A stretch of 64,000 bases of DNA from Ginsengibacter sp. (GCA_040005125.1 JBDTZL010000016.1:3495-67494), one strand, 5' to 3'; shown: positions 1 through 9,774, counted from the first letter of the stretch. The notes: generated by a model not told the origin, from the sequence alone. Made by a program: numbers and translations.

Positions 1-36
1 TCCAAAAATTCAACCGTTCAGTAAATACTTCACCAA

Positions 37-681
37 ATGAAGATCACTTCTATTGTCCAGTTATTGTTATCAGCCGTGGGGTTCACCATTTCATTGCTTG
101 TGTTCCGGATTTTTTATTTCGGGAGCTTTATGTATATATTTTTTGCCTGGAATCTTTTTCTTGCCGCAATACCGCTGGGAATCAGTAACCTTTTGGTTCA
201 AACGAAAGGTAAGAGCATTCAATGGCCGTTGTTTATTATGTGGCTATTGTTTTTTCCAAATGCCCTTTACATAGTAACCGACCTGGTACATCTAACAGAC
301 AAGCATCCCGTGCCATTTTGGTTCGACATGATCCTGGTTTTTTCGGCAGCAATCAACGGGCTCATCATGGCGTATGCATCCTTACGGCAGGTGGAATTGT
401 TTCTAAGGACGAAATTCAGTGAACAAAAAACAGGGTTCATTTTATGCGGTTGTCTTTTCATGGGCTCCTTTGGGGTTTATATAGGAAGATTTTTAAGATG
501 GAACAGCTGGGATGTTTTGCTAAATCCATTTGGACTAATGACTGAAATAGTACAGCATATCATTAACCCTTTCCAGCATTCACGTACCTGGGGAATGACG
601 ATTGTATTGACGGTTTTCTTCTCGATATTCTATTTTACCATAAAAAAATTACCAGCCCTGATTATTAAAACGACTGAATAA
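37..681 (+). CDS. DUF1361 family integral membrane protein
   Basis: Multi-TM ORF with the WNLFLAxIP, WLLFFPNAxYxxTDxxH and GxYIGRFLRWNSWD motifs typical of DUF1361. Confidence 0.8.
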   Translation: MKITSIVQLLLSAVGFTISLLVFRIFYFGSFMYIFFAWNLFLAAIPLGISNLLVQTKGKSIQWPLFIMWLLFFPNALYIVTDLVHLTDKHPVPFWFDMILVFSAAINGLIMAYASLRQVELFLRTKFSEQKTGFILCGCLFMGSFGVYIGRFLRWNSWDVLLNPFGLMTEIVQHIINPFQHSRTWGMTIVLTVFFSIFYFTIKKLPALIIKTTE

Positions 682-799
682 TTTCCAATCGCCGCGAATC
701 AGATTATTCGCGCCCGGGACTTGTGATAATAAGTCTCCGAAGTACCCTTTTGTTTTAAAAACAAGCAATTTTTTTTATTAACTACAAATCATAAACAAA

Positions 800-1549
800 A
801 TGCGAACCTCTCAGCAATGGCTGGAACATTTTAGTGCCAACATAAAAATTCGACGCATTAATTGGAATTTAGCTCCGTCACTGGATGAAAATGAAAGGAT
901 CAATATCCTGTCTTCATTGCAAGCCTGGCAGCTGGGAGAAACATCGGATGGATCCCACCTGTTAAAAGCTTCAAAGAAATATGCGAATAGAATCGGGGAT
1001 GGCTATTATGTTAAAGCTGTAGAATTATTTATTGGGGAAGAACAAAAGCATGGAAGAAATCTTGGTACATATTTAGACCTGATCGGTGAGAAAAGAATGA
1101 AAAGAAACTGGGCAGACACGTTGTTCAGGAGGATACGCTATTTTAATTCAAGTATGGAATTGTGGACGTTGGCGGTCATAACTGTTGAAAGCACAGCCCA
1201 GGTCTTTTATCAATCTTTAAAAGACGCCACAAATTGTAAGCTTCTGAAGCAAATATGCACCGATATATTAATTGACGAGGCTTTTCATATAGATTTTCAG
1301 TTTGAAAGATTTTACCTGATTTATAATTGCAAAAGAAAAGTTTTTAAATTTTTATGTTACTGCCTGTATAAGTTATTCTTCTTTTCAACAATTACTGTTG
1401 TGTGGTTTGCATACAGGCGTTGTTTTAAAGCAGGGCATAATGACTTTCTTACCTATTGGAGAAAAATGAACCTGAAGTTTAAAAAGACGATTGGAAGATT
1501 AAAAAAACTGCAGCGACAAAATATTTCCAGTAATATGCTTGTGCAATAA
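800..1549 (+). CDS. Ferritin-like domain protein
   Basis: Two ExxH motifs (EEQKH, DEAFH) plus additional Glu residues in a helical ORF, matching a di-iron four-helix pattern. Confidence 0.7.
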   Translation: MRTSQQWLEHFSANIKIRRINWNLAPSLDENERINILSSLQAWQLGETSDGSHLLKASKKYANRIGDGYYVKAVELFIGEEQKHGRNLGTYLDLIGEKRMKRNWADTLFRRIRYFNSSMELWTLAVITVESTAQVFYQSLKDATNCKLLKQICTDILIDEAFHIDFQFERFYLIYNCKRKVFKFLCYCLYKLFFFSTITVVWFAYRRCFKAGHNDFLTYWRKMNLKFKKTIGRLKKLQRQNISSNMLVQ

Positions 1550-1743
1550 ATGATGTTTAACCGGCATTATTTTTTAGCTCTCTGCTTTCTACAAGAATAC
1601 TTATTTAAGAAGATAGGTAGAACAAAAATGATGTACAGCGGATATGAAGATCCAAAGATTTCGATTACCAATTGCAGGCACTCCTGATTAGAATACCTGC
1701 TTGCCGGCATTTAAATGTTGTTTACAAAAAATTCTATATGAAT

Positions 1744-4700
1744 TTAAAAATCCAGTCCCATACTGAAATAATAAATCGGCTTTCCTCTAAAGAACCCGCT
1801 CATTGGCCACCCGGCATCAATTTTTAAGAAATATCCCAACAGGGTACTTCGGGCTCCAAAACCATAACCACCAAGGAATGGCCCTACCCCCGGCGCTTTA
1901 ATATTAACCGTTATCGTCGGGTCCTGGGTTGCATAAGTAATAGTAGGGCGGGAGAGTTTATCATAAGCTCCATTCCATGCCGAGCCAAGATCAATAAATT
2001 GTATGACCTGGAAATTTCTTATAAATGCATTATTTATTGGTTTACTAAGAAGCGTTGTAAACACCGGTAACCGGAACTCACTGTTTATAACGGCCGCGTT
2101 GTTGCCATTGGCTGCATTTTGTATAAAGCCTCTAAGGTTAACGGCAAGAGATTGAAATGCATAGTCAGCGTCAGGCTTTGGTACATTGGCAGGATTAAAA
2201 TAGCGATAGGTTTGATTGCCATTTTTATCGGTTTTTACATTATCACTTATCATGACCCAATTATCTATACCCCCCAGGTAATAAATGAGTTTTTGATTGC
2301 CCCAGCTAAAATCTGCTGCAACTCTGCCCGCCCAGATGAAATTGCGGTAAATAGGATAATAAGCTCTTGCATCGAACCCCAAATTGTAAGTATAACGGCC
2401 TTCAGTAGTAGCGAGCTTGCTTAACTGGCCATTCAAATCCATATAAACTTTATACCGTATGCCGTTCCAGATATTCTGTGCAGGATTAATGGTATTATCA
2501 TACACATATTCAACATGGAGCAATCCATATGTTTTTGCGATATCAGGCGCCTTCAATGATACAGTATCGAAAGTATTTGCAACTATACGGTCTCTCCTGG
2601 CTCCAAAGTTTATACGCACACTTTTTGTTACATCAAACGGATAGCTGATGTTGGCCTGATAGAGATTTGAAAAAATTCTTCCAGGGTAATTGGTATTGGA
2701 CGAATCAAAAAAGGAATAATTGGTTTCCTGTACATTTCTGTAATAAGTAAGGCCCCAGTCAATCCTTTTTCTAAGGTTTTTAAACTGCAGCAGCCAGTCA
2801 TTATCTTTTAAATTGGTAGAGAGCCGGTATCCGCCGGAAATTTTTATGTCTTCCATTATGTCAGCAGTGCCCAGGCGAAGCGTTCCATCCAAACCGTCGC
2901 TCGAGGAGAGTGTTACAGGGCCGGCTCCGCCCTGGTACAATTGATACCTTGTGCCCAGTACGTCATTGTTAAAACCGGCAACAATGTAATCTGTCGCAAA
3001 TTTCAACGGCTTGTATGGATATAATTTTGCCTCTGATAATACAGTAGGGCCGCCGGGTATTTCTCCATTGGCAACCCTTCCGGCATTAGTTGTATCTCTT
3101 TTTTCTTCTTTGAACTCATTCTGAAAAATGTCCTGTTTTTTTGAAGTATCTACAGCCTGTGGAATAATTTCCTGGCCTTTCGAAATTTTATCCATTTCCA
3201 TCAGCCGTTTCATATAAGTGGTAGGCGTTGGACTTACGTTTCGCCGGCGTAAGGTGTTTTCATCAATCTTTAGTTTGTACAATACTTTTTCATCACTTTG
3301 CCTGGTTACTTCACTTACCTGGCTATTATCTCCTGCAACTCTTGTTTCCCTGAGACTGCTCTCATAATTCGTTAGTGGAAATACGTATGCTGAATCATTG
3401 GATACAGCAACCACCGCAATTGAATCAACATCCTGTTTTTTATAAGCCTTTAATAAGGAATCTATCTCGTTTTCAGATGGGTTACGAAGTATATCATCGC
3501 CTATAAGAACTAAAGTATCAAGCCCTGCAGACTGGGTTGTAAAGAAACCTGCATAGCGGTTACCAACGCCATTTTCATCACTTACGAATGTGAAGTGGTT
3601 ATTGCTATATTGTGTAGGGAATCTTGCGTCGCCAAATTTTAGATTTGTGAGTTGGGATATCTGGTTAAGTTCTGCTTTATTGGTAGCAAAATCGGTAATT
3701 AAAAAAATATTGAATTTGTTATTCAGCAGAGCCGTGTCTGAATTTTTTGCACTTACAGAAGGCCTGTTGCTTGAAAAAATAATTCCTGTTTTATTCGGAA
3801 ATGAAACAAAGGAAGGATCCAGGTCATCAAATACATCATTGGTAACCTGTTTTACTTTGTCATTTTCAAGATCATAAGTATAGATATCAGAATGGCCGTT
3901 TTTTACGGCACTGAAAAGTAAGGTTCTGCTGTCAAGCATATACTTCATATCCTGCACCTGGTCAAAAAAATCTGTAAGGTCTCTCTTATAAGGTTTTACT
4001 CTTGTGATGACATCAAATACAAAAAGCTTTATGCGCCCTTCTTCTCCATATAACACTGAAAGCCTTGACCCTTTTGGATCCCAGGCCATCATAGGATAAT
4101 TAGGATTTAATTCATCGATGGCACTTTTTGCCCCGAATTTTAAAAGGGTTTTATCCTTGTCTTCTTCATTCAGCAGTAACCTGTATTGGCCTTTTTTATA
4201 TTGTACTACTGCAAAAGAACCATTGCGTTTATTAGGGTTTACATTAAAATGAAAATAGTCTTTTCTTTTGCCAATGGTTACACTGGTGATCTCACTTCCT
4301 TTGGGATAATTTTTTCTGCGGGAAATATCGTTGTCATATTTATCCTCCTCATAAGTCATAAAATCGGCCAGTACTTCCTTAAACTTTCTTTTTTTAGTTA
4401 CCTGCTGCGATGCCCTGTTTAAATTTTTATAAACCCTTGCCAGGTATAGTAAATAAGTGGTGTTCTCTCTCTTATATCTTTCTTCAATATAGTACCAAAA
4501 TGCATGTCCGGCAAGCAATGGCTTGTCAAAAGCAAATTGGTAAAAATTTTTATAATTGCCACTAAGGATTTCACTTTTCAGATCATCATCAAGCTGAGTG
4601 CTCCAGTTTTGCCCTGTATAAGCAACATAGCCATCGATAAGCCATTGAGGTAAATCGAGCAACGCCTGGTTACCCGCAACTTCGCCCAGGTCATCACCAA

Positions 4701-5172
4701 ATAAAAGATTTTGAGTAAGGACTTTAGCAATGCCCTCGCGAATCTGCCTGCGGAGATCTGCGTGGTTGCTGTTGTAATAAACGATCATTTTATTATTGAC
4801 CAGTTTGGTAAGGCCACCCGGAGCCTGCCAGTCCATACCGATGCCAATATTACTTTGCTGCAAATCATTAAAGCTGTTATAAATAATAATGTTTGCCCTG
4901 CGTTGTAAGCTATATTCAACAAATTTTTCGATGCCAGGCAGTTCTTCCTCAGCTACCTGTGCAACAAATTTTGCAATCTCCTGCCCGCTTTGATTGAAGT
5001 AGGAATTGAAATTTTTTGTCTGGTAATATTGCCATTTAAATTTTTTAAATTGAACCCGGTTTTTTCCAAACTCCACGCTGCTTACCTGTGCATTACCCAT
5101 TAGTCCAAGCATAATGAAAACTCCGGCAAGCAGAAAAATTTTTTTGTCAATAGGTTTCTTATGATATTGCAT
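1744..5172 (-). CDS. WD40/PD40-Omp85 family outer-membrane protein (degenerate zincin-like N-domain, TolB-like propeller, BamA-like barrel)
   Basis: Signal peptide, FGKNRVQ motif, PD40-like repeats (SDIYTYD..QVTND.FDDLDPSF), LRGF barrel motif and C-terminal SMGLDF beta-signal. Confidence 0.7.
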   Translation of the reverse strand: MQYHKKPIDKKIFLLAGVFIMLGLMGNAQVSSVEFGKNRVQFKKFKWQYYQTKNFNSYFNQSGQEIAKFVAQVAEEELPGIEKFVEYSLQRRANIIIYNSFNDLQQSNIGIGMDWQAPGGLTKLVNNKMIVYYNSNHADLRRQIREGIAKVLTQNLLFGDDLGEVAGNQALLDLPQWLIDGYVAYTGQNWSTQLDDDLKSEILSGNYKNFYQFAFDKPLLAGHAFWYYIEERYKRENTTYLLYLARVYKNLNRASQQVTKKRKFKEVLADFMTYEEDKYDNDISRRKNYPKGSEITSVTIGKRKDYFHFNVNPNKRNGSFAVVQYKKGQYRLLLNEEDKDKTLLKFGAKSAIDELNPNYPMMAWDPKGSRLSVLYGEEGRIKLFVFDVITRVKPYKRDLTDFFDQVQDMKYMLDSRTLLFSAVKNGHSDIYTYDLENDKVKQVTNDVFDDLDPSFVSFPNKTGIIFSSNRPSVSAKNSDTALLNNKFNIFLITDFATNKAELNQISQLTNLKFGDARFPTQYSNNHFTFVSDENGVGNRYAGFFTTQSAGLDTLVLIGDDILRNPSENEIDSLLKAYKKQDVDSIAVVAVSNDSAYVFPLTNYESSLRETRVAGDNSQVSEVTRQSDEKVLYKLKIDENTLRRRNVSPTPTTYMKRLMEMDKISKGQEIIPQAVDTSKKQDIFQNEFKEEKRDTTNAGRVANGEIPGGPTVLSEAKLYPYKPLKFATDYIVAGFNNDVLGTRYQLYQGGAGPVTLSSSDGLDGTLRLGTADIMEDIKISGGYRLSTNLKDNDWLLQFKNLRKRIDWGLTYYRNVQETNYSFFDSSNTNYPGRIFSNLYQANISYPFDVTKSVRINFGARRDRIVANTFDTVSLKAPDIAKTYGLLHVEYVYDNTINPAQNIWNGIRYKVYMDLNGQLSKLATTEGRYTYNLGFDARAYYPIYRNFIWAGRVAADFSWGNQKLIYYLGGIDNWVMISDNVKTDKNGNQTYRYFNPANVPKPDADYAFQSLAVNLRGFIQNAANGNNAAVINSEFRLPVFTTLLSKPINNAFIRNFQVIQFIDLGSAWNGAYDKLSRPTITYATQDPTITVNIKAPGVGPFLGGYGFGARSTLLGYFLKIDAGWPMSGFFRGKPIYYFSMGLDF

Positions 5173-5252
5173 GTACGGTAGTTATAATTGCCCTAAAATT
5201 AAAGGTTTCGGGTTAATCGGGGAAATGAAATTAATTGATTTTTATAAACGTT

Positions 5253-5891
5253 ATGTTTCAAATCAAAGTTTTAACTTTTAATCCTGTTCAGGAAAACACT
5301 TACGTGCTTTACAATGAATACAATGAATGTATTATTATTGATCCGGGCTGTTATTTTGATGAAGAAAAAGAAGAATTGAAATCTTTCATAATTAAGAGTC
5401 GCTTGCAGCCGAAAATGCTGCTCAACACCCATTGCCACCTGGATCACGTTTTTGGTAATAAATATATTGCGGAGGAATACAAATTAACCCTGCAGATTCA
5501 TAAAAAGGAAGAGCAGCTTTTGGAAATGGCCCCCGCGTCGGGTTTGATGTTCAATCTTCCGTTTGATAATTATAAAGGAGAGCTTATTTTTCTTAAAGAG
5601 GGCGATGTTATTTCATTACTTAATGATAAGTTAAAAGTGATTGAAGCTTCCGGTCATTCCCCCGGGAGTATTTGCTTTTATTGCGAGGAGCAAAACTTTA
5701 TAATAGGGGGAGATGTTTTGTTTCAAAACAGTATTGGCCGAACCGATTTACCAGGTGGGAGCCATGAAGACCTGGTGAGGAATATAAAAGAAAAGCTTTT
5801 CAATTTACCCCCGGATGTAAAGGTGTACCCGGGGCATGGCCCCGAAACTACCATTGGTGAGGAAATGAAGTTTAATCCTTTTTTGATATGA
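5253..5891 (+). CDS. MBL-fold metallo-hydrolase (glyoxalase II / YcbL-like)
   Basis: THCHLDH, GHSPG, GDVLF..SIGRTD and PGHG motifs; ATG at 5253 preferred over TTG at 5235. Confidence 0.9.
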   Translation: MFQIKVLTFNPVQENTYVLYNEYNECIIIDPGCYFDEEKEELKSFIIKSRLQPKMLLNTHCHLDHVFGNKYIAEEYKLTLQIHKKEEQLLEMAPASGLMFNLPFDNYKGELIFLKEGDVISLLNDKLKVIEASGHSPGSICFYCEEQNFIIGGDVLFQNSIGRTDLPGGSHEDLVRNIKEKLFNLPPDVKVYPGHGPETTIGEEMKFNPFLI

Positions 5892-5905
5892 TTGATAGCA
5901 TAACC

Positions 5906-5943
5906 AAATAGTAGAGACGCCATGCATGGCGTCTCTACTATTT
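5906..5943. repeat. GTAG-type REP-like perfect palindrome
   Basis: AAATAGTAGAGACGCCATGCATGGCGTCTCTACTATTT is a 38-bp perfect palindrome between convergent genes. Confidence 0.75.
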
Positions 5944-6399
5944 TACAAAATAATATATTCCATCAACGGCCTTAATAAACGTATTATTGAATTTTACTGA
6001 GTCAGCGACTCTATATTCCTGGAGATTTCCGCAACATTTTCCACTTTTCTTTAGCCATTTTATTTCGAGACTATCCTGTTGTGTTTGTTGGTTATAATAG
6101 ATATAACTTTTTGCCGCAGGTATATAAAAATCAAATTTGACATCATTAGAATTAATAAATCCTTTTTGTAAGGAGGCATTATTAATATTGAAATTGTTTT
6201 TTTGATTTAAAATCCGGATGCTGTCTATTCGATATATGGCAGCTGCACCAAATATTAAGTTTTGTTCCTGTTGATTAATAAATTTAATTTCTATGGATTG
6301 ATTGGGAACAAAATCACATTCACAAGGAGGTTTATTGCAAGAGAAACCAACCAGGATAAGGTAAATCAGTAATAATTTACAGATCGAAGTAAAATTCAT
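5938..6399 (-). CDS. Hypothetical lipoprotein
   Basis: Hydrophobic N-terminus ending in lipobox GFSC; additional Cys pairs (CEC, CC). Confidence 0.65.
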   Translation of the reverse strand: MNFTSICKLLLIYLILVGFSCNKPPCECDFVPNQSIEIKFINQQEQNLIFGAAAIYRIDSIRILNQKNNFNINNASLQKGFINSNDVKFDFYIPAAKSYIYYNQQTQQDSLEIKWLKKSGKCCGNLQEYRVADSVKFNNTFIKAVDGIYYFVK

Positions 6400-6409
6400 T
6401 ATTGACAAA

Positions 6410-6814
6410 TTAATCCTTTATTTCCATAACCAGTTCGATTAGAACACCGTTGGTTGATTTTGGATGTAAAAAGCAAACCAGTTTATTATCGGCCCCTTCT
6501 TTGGGAGTTTCATTTATCACAATAAATCCATCATTTACAAGTCTCGTTACTTCTGCTTCAATGTCATCTACTTCAAAAGCAATATGGTGAAGACCCTCTC
6601 CTCTTTTTTCTATAAATGTATTGATAATACTCCCGGGTGCATAAGCTTCCACCAGTTCAATTTTGGTTTCTCCTTTTTTAAAAAATGCGGTATTTACCTG
6701 TTCCGTTTCCACCACTTCAGTTTTATAACAAAGTGAATTCAACAGCTTTTCAAAAAGGGGAATAGAAACTGAAAGCTTTTTTACTGCAATGCCAATGTGC
6801 TCGATTTTTTTCAT
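6410..6814 (-). CDS. mce: Methylmalonyl-CoA epimerase
   Basis: VOC-fold motifs IEHIGIAV, RGEGLHHIAFEV and FLHPKSTNGVLIEL. Confidence 0.9.
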   Translation of the reverse strand: MKKIEHIGIAVKKLSVSIPLFEKLLNSLCYKTEVVETEQVNTAFFKKGETKIELVEAYAPGSIINTFIEKRGEGLHHIAFEVDDIEAEVTRLVNDGFIVINETPKEGADNKLVCFLHPKSTNGVLIELVMEIKD

Positions 6815-6941
6815 GTATTACTTTAGTTCAAATTTACTATACGCGATGTAAACAGTGTAATTATCATTATGATATTGTTTTTCAACTGTGATGGATAACT
6901 TCAGTGAATTCATTTTAAATTGTTGAATAGCCGGGATTATT

Positions 6942-6991
6942 GTGGTGGAGGACACCGACCACGGGGGCTGCCCCTGTTGGTGGACACCAAC
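6942..6991. repeat. Pair of GTTGGTGTCC..ACCAAC-family short palindromes
   Basis: GTGGTGGAGGACACCGACCAC and GTTGGTGGACACCAAC; a related copy occurs at 11591-11608. Confidence 0.45.
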
Positions 6992-7037
6992 CGGCCATAA
7001 ATTGAAATGCGCCCACTTCATTTAGCCGCTTTTGGCT

Positions 7038-7045
7038 TAAATTTG
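7038..7045 (+). promoter_or_regulatory. Bacteroidota sigma-A -7 element for iscS
   Basis: TAAATTTG matches TAnnTTTG and ends about 25 nt upstream of the iscS ATG. Confidence 0.55.
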
Positions 7046-7069
7046 CACAGTTAAAGATCGTTTTTGATT

Positions 7070-8236
7070 ATGTTGACATTACCTGTTTATCTTGATAACA
7101 ATTCCACTACGCAAATGGATCCGCGGGCATTAGAGGCTATGTTACCTTACTTTTTAAAGCATTTTGGGAATGCGGCCAGCCGCAGCCATTCTTTTGGTTG
7201 GGAAGCAGAAGAGGCAGTAGATTACGCCCGTGAGCAGGTGGCGCAATTAATAGGGGCAGAATCAAAAGAAATTATTTTCACTTCCGGTGCTACGGAAGCT
7301 GATAACCTTGCAATAAAAGGGGTTTTTGAAATGTATGCGGCAAAAGGCAATCATATTATTACAGCAGTTACAGAGCACAAAGCCGTATTGGATACCTGTA
7401 AGCATTTAGAGAAATCCGGCGGTAACATCACTTATCTTGATGTAAAAAAAGATGGATTAATTGATGTAAAAGAATTGGAAAAGGCGATACGGCCCAATAC
7501 CATACTAATCTCCATCATGTATGCAAATAATGAAATTGGTGTAATACAACCCATAAGAGAAATAAGCACTGTTGCAAAAAAACATGGGGTGTTATTCTTT
7601 ACAGATGCTACTCAGGCAGCTGGAAAAACTCCGGTAGATGTAATTAAAGACGGTATTGACCTGGTGGCGTTTTCCGCCCATAAAATGTATGGGCCAAAAG
7701 GTGTGGGTGCTCTGTACGTACGCCGTAAAAACCCGAGAGTGAGGGTAACTGCGCAAATTGACGGCGGCGGGCACGAAAGAGGTATGAGAAGCGGTACCTT
7801 AAATGTTCCCGGTATTGTTGGTTTCGGAAAAGCCTGTGAACTTTGCAGAATTGAAATGGGGAAAGATAGCAGCCAAATGAAAAAATTGCGTGATAAGCTT
7901 GAATCCGAACTATTAAAACTTGATGAAGTGTATGTGAACGGAAGCACAGAACACCGGTTGCCCAATGTATGTAATCTTAGCTTTAAATATGCGGAGAGTG
8001 ACGGGTTAATGCTGGGATTTAATAAAAATATTGCGGTAAGTTCAGGGTCGGCTTGTACTTCCGCGACCCTTGAACCATCTTATGTTCTGAAAGCGCTTGG
8101 GGTGACAGATGATTTGGCAAAAGCGGCAATTCGCTTTGGATTAAGCCGTTTTACCACAGAAGAAGAAATTGATTATACAATTGACAAGGTGCGTGAAACA
8201 GTATTAAAATTGAGACAGGTTCAATTGATGGGTTAA
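7070..8236 (+). CDS. iscS: Cysteine desulfurase (IscS/NifS group I)
   Basis: YLDNNSTT, SAHK (PLP lysine), GGGHERGMRSGT and SSGSACTS (catalytic Cys). Confidence 0.9.
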   Translation: MLTLPVYLDNNSTTQMDPRALEAMLPYFLKHFGNAASRSHSFGWEAEEAVDYAREQVAQLIGAESKEIIFTSGATEADNLAIKGVFEMYAAKGNHIITAVTEHKAVLDTCKHLEKSGGNITYLDVKKDGLIDVKELEKAIRPNTILISIMYANNEIGVIQPIREISTVAKKHGVLFFTDATQAAGKTPVDVIKDGIDLVAFSAHKMYGPKGVGALYVRRKNPRVRVTAQIDGGGHERGMRSGTLNVPGIVGFGKACELCRIEMGKDSSQMKKLRDKLESELLKLDEVYVNGSTEHRLPNVCNLSFKYAESDGLMLGFNKNIAVSSGSACTSATLEPSYVLKALGVTDDLAKAAIRFGLSRFTTEEEIDYTIDKVRETVLKLRQVQLMG

Positions 8237-8477
8237 ATGCGAAGGGGTTTTTAATACCAAATAACTAATGCAACCTGTGATTGCGGGGAAAATTTTGCAG
8301 CCTTGCAACGAATTTTTTCTGCTGATAAGCCGGGGTTGATTTATAGGATAAACGAACGTTGTCACAATGTAAAGCTCCCGCAATACCGATAGCTGACGGG
8401 ATTGCGGGAAACAATTAAGGCTTACCAATAATGTAGTCCCCAACATTAGAATACGTTCCAATTCTGTAAAGCAGCTA

Positions 8478-8714
8478 TTATTTTACTTCACGAGGGGGTG
8501 CTAACTTTAAAGATGAGCGGGGCAGCGGGGGTAGCGGAGGTGCCTTAGGTGAAGGCTTTATCATCGGCGGCGGTGGAGGCGGTATTGGAGGAGAAGGCAG
8601 GTTGTGTATTGGTGCTGGAGGAGGCGGGGGTGGCACTGATTTTTTTGTTTGTGCAAATGTTGCCGCGGTCAATAAAAAACAACCCATGAATAAATGAATG
8701 CTGATAAGTTTCAT
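8478..8714 (-). CDS. Small secreted proline-rich protein
   Basis: Sec signal peptide (..ATFA-Q) followed by several poly-Pro runs; ATG at 8714. Confidence 0.6.
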   Translation of the reverse strand: MKLISIHLFMGCFLLTAATFAQTKKSVPPPPPPAPIHNLPSPPIPPPPPPMIKPSPKAPPLPPLPRSSLKLAPPREVK

Positions 8715-8765
8715 AATAATATTTTTTATTATGATTCTATAAATTACACATTCCATAAATTAAAC

Positions 8766-8794
8766 AAAAAACCCTGGAGTTACAGGGTTTTTTT
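8766..8794. terminator. Bidirectional intrinsic terminator
   Basis: AAAAAACCCTG-GAGTTA-CAGGGTTTTTTT. Confidence 0.7.
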
Positions 8795-8935
8795 CAGTTG
8801 GTTTAGGTAAACTTTTATAAAAAAGAATCTCCGAAAAATTGCTTTTCGACTGTTCAGAATGTTTTGGTGTTGTCCTTTTTCTGAGATTCTTATTTTAATA
8901 TAAAGTTTTTAGGTATTTATCAGGCAGCTAATCTT
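8766..8935 (-). ncRNA. Candidate long-hairpin ncRNA or MITE-like element
   Basis: ~30-bp imperfect inverted repeat (8810-8838 / 8876-8907), no ORF, a terminator on one side and a degenerate -7 box (CATATTTG, minus strand, 8943-8950) on the other. Confidence 0.35.
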
Positions 8936-9038
8936 TACAACACAAATATGACAAAGGTTTATATGAAAACGCTGCTTGAAACAAAATCAAAAAGCCATAA
9001 TTATTTTTCAAAACCTAAATTGCACTTTTTTAAGGAGC

Positions 9039-9761
9039 ATGATATCAATTGTCAAAAAAGAATTGCACCAGTTTTTCAGCAGTCTTACAGGTTATATTAC
9101 AATAATCTTATTCCTGTTGGTAAATGGTTTGTACCTTTTTGTTTTAAAAGACAGCAATATTTTTGATTTCGGATATGCCACACTTGATAAATTTTTTGAG
9201 CTTTCTCCATGGATATTCATTTTCCTGATCCCTGCTTTGGCTATGCGCAGCCTTTCAGAGGAATATAAAACAGGCACATTTGAAATTTTACAAACACGGC
9301 CTCTCACTAATTGGCAGATTGTTTTGGGTAAATATTTTGCAGTGTTCTCTGTTATTCTTATTGCATTGCTTCCAACACTCCTGTATGTTTATACCATTCA
9401 TTCATTGTCTGCCGCAGGGAGTATTGATAGCGGCGGTATTACAGGCTCTTATATCGGGTTGGTTTTACTTGCAGCAGTTTTTGCATCGATCAGCATGTGG
9501 TGTTCAGGGCTTACGTCAAATGCTGTTATTGCTTTTTTAGCGGGGGCGTTTGCGTGTATCATTGTATACTTTGGATTTAATGCTATAAGTAAACTTCCGG
9601 TTTTTACCGGTAATGCAGATTACTATATTGAAATGCTTGGAATTGATTTTCATTATCGCAGCCTGAGCCGTGGTGTTGTCGATACACGTGATCTCATTTA
9701 TTTTTTAAGTATCATTTTTCTTTTTCTTTTTGCAACACAAAAAAGTCTGTCGAAAAAATAG
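9039..9761 (+). CDS. gldF: Gliding motility ABC transporter permease GldF
   Basis: KKEL..FFSSLTGY, MRSLSEEYKTGTFEIL.TRP and HY.SLSRGVVDTRD motifs; immediately upstream of gldG. Confidence 0.9.
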   Translation: MISIVKKELHQFFSSLTGYITIILFLLVNGLYLFVLKDSNIFDFGYATLDKFFELSPWIFIFLIPALAMRSLSEEYKTGTFEILQTRPLTNWQIVLGKYFAVFSVILIALLPTLLYVYTIHSLSAAGSIDSGGITGSYIGLVLLAAVFASISMWCSGLTSNAVIAFLAGAFACIIVYFGFNAISKLPVFTGNADYYIEMLGIDFHYRSLSRGVVDTRDLIYFLSIIFLFLFATQKSLSKK

Positions 9762-9774
9762 TATCCATTCGCTA

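Noticed and set aside
693-737. Two small hairpins between DUF1361 and the ferritin-like gene
   Set aside because: Short stems with no recognisable RNA family; could be an ordinary pause or stability structure
8766-8935. Long hairpin as 6S RNA or retron msr-msd
   Set aside because: It has a terminal loop rather than a central bubble between two long stems, and there is no reverse transcriptase nearby
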